Positions 53,175 through 64,000 of a stretch of DNA of 64,000 nucleotides are shown piece by piece. The translations under genes and the position numbers were made by a program. Positions within the stretch are counted from its first letter, which is position 1, and each line of letters opens with the position of its first letter. The notes below the pieces were generated by a model. The model had not been told where the DNA came from. It was given only the letters and a program-made list of their open reading frames with translations, and ran no database searches. The stretch is from Chrysomallon squamiferum (taxonomy: Eukaryota; Animalia; Mollusca). Location of the stretch: NCBI GenBank assembly GCA_012295275.1, contig CM022671.1, positions 2,604,001-2,668,000 of the forward strand, read 5' to 3'.

Positions 53175-56100
53175 TGTATTGTATTCACGTCTTACTAATT
53201 TTTATCTTCTATCTCTTCTAAAATTATCAGTTAATTTCTATCCTTCTCGCATCATGTATCATCCATACTTTCACACACGACAGCATCCTAGACAAGTGTT
53301 TTTAAGAACAAGTGTACGAAACCGAGCGCGTTCACTGTCAGTTGGAGCGAAAACAAAGAAAACGAGAAGTAGAAGGCGTTTATATGTCTGTGATTAATCA
53401 ATAAAGATGATCCATTGTCAGAACAGACTATCAGAAAGTTAAACACATTTTTTTATTTTGTCAGCACTGAAAAAAACGTGAGGAATGTATTCTATTTCGG
53501 CTATATTTTTCTACCCGGAGGAAGCAAACCAATATTTTGATAGTGCCGACAGCTGTTGGTCAGGTTCAGTACACACGAAGAGGCAGTCAAACAAGAAAAA
53601 TCTTTGAAAACAATTCTTTCATTTGTCTATCACATAATTATTACGACAAGCTTACAGATACTTGTGTTTTGAAATTCAAACACAAAATAATCCTAGTTTG
53701 ATAATTTTGATAAAGAGCAAATATTTTCTGAAGCAAAAATGCTTATTATAAAGATGTTCTAAAGCCATAATAGTAGTAGTCGTAGAAACAATAACAATAA
53801 TAACAAAGATGTAGTGTTGCACGTGAAGGCGTACGTGCAAATTTATAATTACTTTTTCTTTCTTTTCCTCTTTAAAAATCCCCTCCAGTCCCCCCCCAAA
53901 AAAAAAAAAGAAAAAGAAAAAAGATTAAGTTTATTAGTAACAATCAATGTTTAATTTCACAAATATAAAACCAAATCAAATGAGATTGCGAAAATGATGA
54001 AATGAAGCTGCAGGAAAGTGAACAAGAGAAAACAAAATTAAAAGTTCAATTGACAGATTACTGATAAGAAAGCAAATATGTTGCGATTTTCATAATAATG
54101 GAGGTTTATCTTTTCCATATACGGAGAGGTTGGGGGATATAAGAGTTTGGGGGATACCATATATAATAATCATGGAAATAAATGAATATAGTAGTTTTAG
54201 AGTGGTTATTTCCGTGACTTAGTTTGAAGGTAAAAATAAAAAATAAAAAAACTATTCAGGATATGTAATATTAAAGAGGTTTTTTGGGGGGCGGGGTTAG
54301 CTTTGTGTACTAGTTAGAAATGATTTACAATAGCGACCACCATCTTTAATATTTTTTTCATGGTTCAGATAAGTGCACGAATTTCCATTACGTGTGCAAC
54401 ATTCACAACACGTACAGCTAACAGTGTCTTGCTCATGTGTTAATCTCTTTCAAAGAAATTCATGTTTGACCTGGCATGCAGATTTATACTATGTGAACTT
54501 TTAAATCACTGCTGAATATATCACACATGTAACAGTATCAACATGGGTGGTGGGCATCATCTGATGAGATAAAAAGGTGGGGGGCAACAAATGAAGAAAA
54601 TATTTTAATGAATTGGACTGTTTCCCTGAAAAAATCTGCAGATTTTTAATAATAATAATAAATAAATAAATAAAATAAAAATAAAAACTTTCATTGACGG
54701 GCTGACTGATTTATGTGTAGAATAACCAAATGTAAACTGAGATAAAGATTAGCTGCAAGACCGAATATTGTTGTAATATTAAAAAGCACGATCAAGATAA
54801 TTATATGCAGTCGCTCTGCTCATTTTGCATTAGTCAAATTCTTTTGGCATATATTAGTTTTCATTTAATTACTTACTTACTTATTATTATCATTATTATA
54901 ACAATATTATTTATTTATAATGTTTAAAGTTTATTTTATTTCGTTGTCACGTATGTCACGTAATGTGTGAACACACTGCCTATTTTCTTTCCTATTTCAA
55001 AACGTGGGGATGAACAGAACCATGAAATGGCGCTCATAGTACCAGTACAGGGGAAAATAATCTTCAGAAGTTCACTTAACGGTTTCTCTCATGCTTGGCA
55101 GAACAGGCACATAGAGTGTTAAGTTCGCGGACGAGTTTTAGCGAATGACGCATATTTAAATCAACGACTAAGAACTACGAGACAGAGACCTGACATCAGT
55201 TCCGTACTGTTAGAGTAAATGTTGTTGCAAAACAGATTACCATGGATGACGGCAAAGCCTTTGTTTTGTTTAGCTTAAATGTGTATTAGCATCATTGCAC
55301 AGAACATACAAACACCTGCACTAATAAAATAGCGGATCCTGCAGAGGACAAAGAAAAATATGTTTGTTATGTCTTTTGTTTTCTTTCTTTCTTCTTTGTG
55401 TATGTGTTTAGGGATGTTAATGTTATGTTTGTTTTTGTTTTTTCTGCTCACATAGACCGAATCGTTAACTTTTTGTGGAGAAAAGTGACCAGGCTGTAGG
55501 ATTGTTGTCCGACACAGTACGGCGAATGATCAATCCTGATGATGATTATTTTCTTTTCTAGCCAAACGCCACAAATAGTTAATGAAAGAACAAGGTACGA
55601 TAGTGCATACAGAAAATTCTTTCTTCCAAATTATAGCTGTGACGAATGTATCGAATTTCGACTATTTCGATGTAACAGCTACGTAAAAACGCACGCATAA
55701 AAATAAAACAACAGTGCAAGTTATTCTTTTATACGTGATACCAAACTGGAAATGTGTGATTAATTTAATCTATGTATGTTTGTTTCTTACAATACTGTTT
55801 AAATTTTATATACTGAAATGTACAAGAAAGATAGAACAGATAGACAAATACATTTTACACACTTTCAAATAACTGGTTTTATTCCGTAGACCTGCATTTA
55901 CATTTCCATTAATGCCATGAAAGAAATAAGTAAATGATCCAGAATGGAAAATGACTACCTCCATGTTTATACAAAGACTTATTAATATATTGTAATAATT
56001 TATGAATGTAAATATCTCCAAAAAGAATAAACAAATAAAATTTTGAAATATATTGTGACTTGTATATTTTATTTAGAATATTTGTTTCCTCATGATACTG

Positions 56101-56604
56101 ACTCTTGAAACTGTAATTAAAGTATTATATTAAATAATATAACACAAATACATAACAATATCTCTGATAATTAATGCACTAAAAATTTTACATAAAATAA
56201 TTATTTATCACTATTAACGGTGATCAACACAATGAAATTTGCCTTAACAATTTTCACATACAACCAATTTTTTGAAATTTAGAAAAAAATTATTTACATG
56301 TCAGTGGCATGTGATATATTTGTCTAAATTCAACATACAGTATTATACAAATGTACCATGACACTGTTTTACAAATAAACACACAAGTCTTTAACAGATA
56401 AAATCATAAACAAACGTTTAGTGTTGCAGTTATGACACAGAAATCAATACAGTCTATGATTTCTATAAAAACATTATTCAATAAGAAAAGAATTATTTGT
56501 ATTAACAACCAAAGATTTCAAAGATCTGAATGGCCATTATAAAACAATACTAATTTAACAACACTTTCATCAAATAATTAAATTTTTGTTGTAAGAAACT
56601 GCTT

Positions 56605-59600
56605 TTAATGACCATTCTTCATAATTTTTGCTGATGATGTTTCAATATCTGGTTCATTTTGTATTTGTTTTTTTCTTTTCTTTTTCTTTTCTGTGTTGTT
56701 CTCTCCATTTGTACTGATAAAAAAAAAAAAAAAAAAAAAAAAATTAATTGTTAATTAAAATTTATGAACATTTGGAATAATGACTAAATATATACAGGAC
56801 ATTTGCAGTTTGTCTCATGATCCTGCACTAATATTAAATCAAAGTCTTGTGTTGATGGTAAAAAACAAGAGTGGATAAATCATTAGGAAAATGGCTGCAT
56901 CTGTATCAGTTTACTTGATGGGTATTTGTATACATACAAATGTGTGCAGGGTATATATATACAGGGTGGTCCAGATGTAACTGAACCCGATATTGGCTTT
57001 TCATAACAATTCAGGTTCGGTTACATCTGGGCCACCCTGTATATAAGTACTTATTATGTTTTCTTGTATAATAATCAAAAGAGGAAACTGGCTCCCATAA
57101 TACATACAGATGTACTACTTTTTCATACTGGAAACCAGAGATCTTTTATTTATGCCTTGCTGTGGAAAGAAAAGCATTTACTAACTGTCAGTACTAAGTT
57201 GTGTTGGGACTAAAGTAAAGCTAAATACTTACTGTTCTTTTGGAAAATTTGAGTAGATTTTGTTAAAAATCCTCCTAGTGTCTGTGTCTAGCTTTGCTTT
57301 TAGAACATCAAGTTTGTTTCGAACTTTGGCTGTACACATCTGTAAAAGTTTAATCATTTTATAAATCATTCAATTTACATGAAATTAACTTAGAAATGTT
57401 ATTTGTGAACAATGTTTATTAACTTAGCAGAATAGGGCTATTTCAAAAAGCTAATGCTGTTAAAAGATATTTATAAATCAACAACAAACAACTGTAAAGT
57501 ATGACAGAGAGCTATCCAAACATGCAACCAAATGTAAATACTTTTAAATTTCCTGAAATATATTTCTTTCAAATGTGACTTGGGATGACAGAAGGAAACA
57601 TACCTTTATTGCAGTTTGTCTGTTTACATTAAACAGTTTTAAAGTCAACATAAAAACTTCTCGAACAAGCATTGGTTTTAACTTGTCTTCATTCAGATTC
57701 AAAATCATCTGGAAAAGAAAAAAATACTGTGTTATAATTATTTGTTGTTGTCATTGCTGCTGCTTTGTTATTTTTGTTATAGTGATGGTGATGCTGGTAG
57801 TGGTCTTGGCGTTGTTTTGATACAGATACAGAATGTCAAATGTTAGAACTGCTGTGTGTCTGTCTGTGTTTGTTTATCTCTGTCTATATCTGTATTGTAT
57901 CAATATGTATTTATGTAATGTTGATTTATCTGAATGAGTATGTCCATGTGCAGTACAACTGTTACTGTGGATGTTTAAGTACAGGAGCATGTATCAACAA
58001 AAATAGTTAACTGTAAACAAACCTGTTTTAAAACTGATATCAGCTGATCAGCAAACGTTTTCCAGTCATCTTCATCCAATTCTTTTACCTACAAGAAACA
58101 TTGTTAACAAATATACATAATAGTTCATATAAAATTTGTATCCAACTAGACAATTTTTGTACTCTATTAAATTAAAATAAAGTAAATATATACTACCCAC
58201 TGGTAAAACAAAGGTGATAACAGTTTATATATTTAATTAAAGGTAACTTACATTTGTCACATCAGTGTTATCATTAACAATCATATTAAGAAGATGGCCA
58301 ATTTTGTTTTAACAGCATCAGTGTATATTTTACTAATATTAATAATCATACTTAGAGTATTTAAAAAAAAATTACTTACACAGGAAGTGTTAACTAAAAC
58401 TGCCAACAGGGAACATGCCTGAGTCTGAAATTAAAATATTTCATTAACATGTTTATCACACAAGATAATTTTGACATGTTATTTACAGTCTAACATACGG
58501 CTAAACCAAGTTAATGAACACAATGACAGCAGAATAAAGTTACTTCCTTGCTCATAGAGAATGAAAAACTAATTTTCTAACTAATCTCATACCCAGGTAT
58601 ACATGAAATACATTATTTACAACAAAAACCCTCATTAAAAGCAATTTCTTCACATCACCAGATTCAGCAGTTGTGTTACTGATAATTTTTGTCAACTCTC
58701 CAACAAAACAAAAACTATTTGTAACTGGCATTTTATAAAAATATAGCAAAAGAAAAACTGAAAGTCAAGAACTGTACTAATAAAATCTTTCAGTTCAGAC
58801 TCATATTTTTTTTTTTAATTTATCATGAACCAAGGCATAACAAATAACCTTCAAATATGTTTTTACTTTTTAAAAAGTGTTATTTTTATATCTTAGACTA
58901 ACATTCCATCAGCAAAACATACAAGCTACTTAATTCTTTTATTTGAACACACTTACTCTACTGTGTAATTTAACACTGTCATCTTGCAGAACCTGAAGCA
59001 AAATGTCTGACATAGGCCAAAACATTATCTGAAAAATACCCAATTATAAGCTGTAAACTATTACATAAATCATTTTCATTATAATATAAGATGCACACTT
59101 TCAGTATCAAAAAATGATTATGTAATAAAATGCTTAATAAATTAAAACAGACTTAAATTAGGGTTATATCACAACCAAAATGAACTGAAACTATTGTAAA
59201 ATAGGTTTTAATTTTCAAATCACAACAAAAATTGTTTTATTTTAATTATGTCAGTAGAAATCATAAAAAGAGAGTTGTCTGGCATTTTCATTCCTTGCAA
59301 AAGTAATAATTTACTCACTGACTGCTTCTTGAGCAAGTTCTGGAAAAACTGAACATGTAATCTGTGATCTCTGAAAACAAATCAAATTGTTAAACAAACA
59401 GTGGGCCCAAACTGTTATGATAGTTTTATAGTTTGTGTAAAAATGAAAATAAAAAAACTATATTACAGGTCTTACTGACCATCATGATTTGATGAGAGTG
59501 TATAGGGTAACTTGTGCCTGTGTGTGTGAAGATAAAACGAATTCTTACTTTCTGTAGAGTAAGTCTGAAAGTGATGATTTCACAATGTCAACAACAGCAG

Positions 59601-62600
59601 ATTGATAGTCAGTCTGTAGAAAAAACAATAAAATAAACACAAACTATTACCTGACTACTAATATTTTACCATATTACCAGAAAAATAATTTAAAGTATTT
59701 AACACATTTAAATATTTCCAAAATTAAATATAAGCAGATTTTTAGTAGCACTTCTAAATATAATGAGAAACTAACTTACTAAGAGAAAATATAACTGCTT
59801 ATTCTGTAATCTATTGTTATTAATCAGCAACAAAAGATTTTTATAGGTATTTTCAGAAAGGAAATCAGATGTCATGAACTTTAATAAATCAATAACAGAG
59901 CACTGAATAAAAATAACCCAGTGTGCACAACAGAGAGGAATGATCTGATGAGAATCATTTTAACAAATGTGCTACAACCTAATCATCTCTGAATGAGAAA
60001 ACTTTAAAACGTTACCTGTCTTTCTGATTCAGCTTTGCGAGAACCTGATCTGGTTTTAACAGGAGAAGGGTCTCCATTTTCTAACTTCACTGTGTTCAGT
60101 AACAAACTTATCTGTGGATAAACACAAACAAAAAACTAGTAATAAACATAAAAATAAGTCATACATACATTAACAAGTCCTCACAACACATACAAACAAA
60201 TATATATGCATATGTGAACACCACAGAAAAGTAAAATATTTAATGTGATAATCAATTAAAAAAAAGGTAATGTGCACTCATATATTCAGTCATTTAGACT
60301 GCTGAAAATATTTCTGGGCTGGTAATTTTAAAGAATATTACTTCAGCTGGCTGGTATAGAGTTGATATAGAAATTATTTAACATCTGTTATACAGTAAAA
60401 ACTACTTCTTTTAATATATAAACAAAAATCTATACATTTGATGGAGAAAAAAAACAAAGATGTCGTTACAAAATACACTTCATCTTTTAATTTGTTGAGC
60501 TGAAGAGGAAACATTTAGATATCAAAAAATAATTCTTACCACAAACAGGCAGGCATCAGAAATGTGTGTAACCATTTTCAAACTTGTCACTAAGAACCAA
60601 AAACAAATAAATATATTTTAAAATGTAAGGTGTAGCCTCTAGCATACTAGATAATGGAAATGAAAAAAGAAAATCTTCAGGTTTTTAATTTAGTTAAAAC
60701 TGAAATGTTTTAAACTTTTTATCTGTAGTTATATACCCTCTCTCTGACTTGTGTTAATAGAGTTTAATGATAAAACTGCAAAACAGAGATGTAACTTCTC
60801 TTATAATAAGACTACAAGACCATGAGATGTAACTTCTCTTATAATGAGACTGCAAGACTCTGAGATGTAACTTCTCTTATAATGGGACTGCTTATAATAA
60901 GACTCTGAGATGTAACTTCTCTTATAATGGGACTGCAAGACCCTGAAATGTAACTTCTCTTATAATGGGACTGCAAGACCCTGACATGTAACTTCTCTTA
61001 TAATGAGACTGCAAGACCCTGAGATGTAACTTCTCTTATAATGAGACTGCAAGACCCTGAGATGTAACTTCTCTTATAATGAGATTGTAAGACTCTGAGA
61101 TGTAACTTCTCTTATAATAAGACTGCAAGACCCTGAGATGTAACTTCTCTTATAATGAGACTGCAAGACTCTGAGATGTAACTTCTCTTATAATAAGACT
61201 GCAAGACTCTGAGATGTAACTTCTCTTATAACGAGACTGCAAGACCCTGAAATGTAACTTCTCTTAGAATGAGACTGCAACACCATGAGATGTAACTTCT
61301 CTTATAATGGGACTGCAAGACCCTGAAATGTAAGTTCTCTTATAATGAGACTGCAAGACCTTGAGATGTAACTTCTCTTATCTTGAAACCTCCCCTGCAT
61401 ATACACTATTTTACTTGTTACTACAATATGGCCAGTAACCAATTATCATATTTTCAATATTACAAAAATAACTGATTTTTAACACTGTGAACAAGTTACA
61501 GTTAACACACCTTTTCTGGAATACTGGATGAGATTCTGGAAAACTGAGAACAGAAAATGTTCATCCACTCCACCATCAGAAGATATCTGCAAACAGAACA
61601 AAAATATATCTATCACATCTATCAGAAAAATAATATATCACATATTGGTATTTATGTAGCAGTATTACAGTTTATATACATTCAAAAACATATACTATGT
61701 TTTATTAGATATTTCCATTAGACATTTTCATATTTATCAGAAATTCTGTAAGTCTTTAAGTTTTAACACACATCAGTTTAAAAATAAACTAACTTTTTTC
61801 TGATGACACAGATCATATAAACATTCTTTTGCTTTGTTGTAGAGAATTTCTTCTTCTTTGTGTCTGTCTCCTGACTCCATCACCTGTAACACAGTCTGCA
61901 GCAGATCCTGTAACAACACATCAACAAATAAAAAATTAATATCTTGGCCTATCAATGTCAATCATCACTTTTGATGAATACTAGAGTGTGTGGGTGTAGG
62001 AGAACAAATATACTGTTTACTTCATATAAACAATAGTTTAGATCTAAATAAACCAAGACAAAACCAGTTTAAGTGTAAAGATGTGTAATATTTGTACTGA
62101 TTAGCTGTCTGCTATTGTAATATCCTGAACAAACAATACATTACAGAATTATTTATGTAATATAAAATGGTAAATATAGAAAAACTGCATTTTGTAAAAT
62201 AGTTTTCTATAAAAAATATCTTCTAGATGAATAATGTCACAGATTACTTACAACACTGACAGCCACAGATGGTGGATTCTTGGACAAAATGGCTACCATG
62301 TCCATTACCCTATAAAAGAAAAATATTAACATTATTTTCAAAGGTTCTAAATCACAAGTAACAAGTTAGCCATACTGCAGTTAACCATGCAAAATGCTAT
62401 TACCAAAATCAAATATAATAATAAGCAAAAATATTATTAATTTTCATGTGATATATATTATGTGTATTTGCTATTTTACAAACAGACAATTTTCTGATTA
62501 TATTTTATTAAGTACAAAATCAACAGTAATTCCATGTTAATATTTATTTATCATCACCTAGTTTTAAATGTGACAATTTGAGCTTTCTTTTCTTTTTCTT

Positions 62601-63662
62601 CTTTAGATTTGCTTTTTTTCAGACTTCTAAATGCTTCAGCCAGTTTGTCGTCCAACTCAAACATCTGCTCATCTGTGAAATCAGGAAGCTCCTAAAAGAA
62701 ATAAAATAATAAAATACAAACTTATTAGTGACTTAAAATGATTCAGCCTTTATTAACAGCCTTTATTAAGTTCCAGTACAAAGAGCAAAACATACTTGAT
62801 CACTGTCATCATTATCGCCATTCTCAGCAGCATTTCCTAGAGCAGCCTGCACTGTCTGTCGAAAACTACTATCTACTTCATCTTCAGCTTCACTAACATC
62901 ATCATTTTCATCATCATCATCATCATCATCCTCATCTTCTTCATTGTCTTTGTCACCTTCATTACCAACAGAATCTGTCTCAATACTGTCAACTGTAAAA
63001 TAGTAAACACAAAATAAACAGCATTATTTGAAACTGTACACATCTGTGACCCTTTAATTAGATTTTTTCTATAGTTTTGTGTGTACATGTTTTGTTTTAT
63101 TTAGTCTTTTTACACTTTAGATACTTAATTACTCTGAAATATAAGCTTCAAAATGAAACATACTCATTTGTCTACTATAATAATATAAACATTTAACATT
63201 TTAAGTGTATGTGCATATTTAACACATAACTGATTTATCTTATACAACCCATTTAGACAGTTTTTAATGGTAGTTAGTCAATGGGGAACATAAAGAAGAA
63301 AAACAAAATCACTCAGAAACAGCCAGATTCTCACTCTGACTGAGGTGTAAAGAAATAAAAAAGGATGAGTTGAGAATTTAATGAACCATTAAACAAAATA
63401 AAGGTCTTCAAAAGTAATATATTTATATTTGTCGAACTGATATACGCACCTTCATCTTCTTCAAATGATAACATATCTTCCTCATCATCAGAGTCTTTTC
63501 CTTTCTTGGGTTGAACAGCTTTGGCAATGACAGCCTGCGAGTCACGTGTTGTGTGATCAGCCAGAGCTTTGAACACTGTCTTAGTGACACTGCGAGTCAG
63601 GTTGGAGTTCTGAGACAGCAGGCTCACAAGTACTTCAGTGATAACTTCCATCCAATGAGGAT
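56605..63662 (-). CDS. MYBBP1A: Myb-binding protein 1A / Pol5 family, C-terminal part; 5' exons lie beyond the window
   Basis: 63450-63662 reads DPHWMEVITEVLVSLLSQNSNLTRSVTKTVF. Then an acidic exon 62796-62992, DEQMFELDDKLAEAF at about 62558-62691, a chain of short in-frame exons, and a basic last exon 56605-56713 (EKKKKRKKQ...KNGH*). Confidence 0.9.
56962..57039. mobile_element. 78-bp MITE, Tc1/mariner-type (TA target duplication)
   Basis: Left TIR CAGGGTGGTCCAGATGTAACTGAACC versus right TIR (reverse complement) CAGGGTGGCCCAGATGTAACCGAACC, 24/26 identical. TA on both sides. Lies in the last MYBBP1A intron. Confidence 0.85.
60786..61381. repeat. 38-bp minisatellite, about 15-16 copies, in a MYBBP1A intron
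   Basis: Unit GAGATGTAACTTCTCTTATAATGAGACTGCAAGACCCT, head-to-tail with point variants and one irregular unit near 60880-60905. Confidence 0.97.
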
Positions 63663-64000
63663 CTGAACAGAAGTCACATGATAAGATCATAGACATAAAT
63701 GGATATGTAGTTAATAATACAAACATGATTATTAGTGAAAGACATATATGAATATGCTGCTATATGTGTGAAAAACTTGTCTTATAATAACAGTTACCTA
63801 TCAACATAAATAAATATTTTATCTAATCATAGCTTTTAAGTTTTCATCTCAGAAATTAGGAGGCTTTAAAAATGGCTTTTCCACAATTTGTTTTATTATT
63901 ATCTCTAAATATTCAAAAATACCAATTTCCAAAGGTTGACATTTTTTAAAATTAAATTATTCTATGGGGTTTTCTAAGTTATGCTTTTAACAAAATATTC

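Noticed and set aside
55000-55600. GC-richer stretch with TATA-like and splice-like signals
   Set aside because: All frames close quickly and no homology was recognised, so neither a gene nor a pseudogene can be supported.
58552-58749. 65-aa ORF inside MYBBP1A
   Set aside because: The flanking exons (about 58957-59028 and 58380-58424) join in frame without it, and it lacks a convincing acceptor.
59930-59995. snoRNA-like segment (TGATGA...CTGA with terminal complementarity) in a MYBBP1A intron
   Set aside because: The C and D boxes are on the strand opposite to the host transcript, and I recognised no rRNA guide.
60786-61381. CRISPR-like array (regular repeat with a conserved, partly palindromic core)
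   Set aside because: The segments between cores are near-identical rather than unique spacers, there are no cas genes, and it lies in a spliceosomal intron. It is a minisatellite.

Overview
AT-rich, microsatellite-rich, intron-dense eukaryotic DNA. Gene content and repeat types suggest a mollusc, probably a gastropod (inference). Most entries in the ORF track are spurious or are single exons read into introns, so I rebuilt genes by hand from GT-AG junctions. In order: the first exon of a universal stress protein gene (-), a decayed EF-hand exon, a 167-aa secreted EF-hand-like protein (+), ANKFY1/Rabankyrin-5 (-, 25 coding exons), NIPSNAP (-), CCDC42/CFAP73-like (+), a secreted protein with two chitin-binding type-2 domains (-), and the 3' part of MYBBP1A (-). 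The most interesting signals are RNA-level. (1) NIPSNAP has two homologous 95-nt exons that must be mutually exclusive, plus a possible decayed third copy. (2) CCDC42 has two, possibly three, homologous alternative last exons. (3) Several introns are filled with decaying tandem copies of their own exon-intron junction. There is also a 78-bp TA-flanked MITE and a 38-bp minisatellite that is not a CRISPR array. No rRNA, tRNA or CRISPR features are supported.
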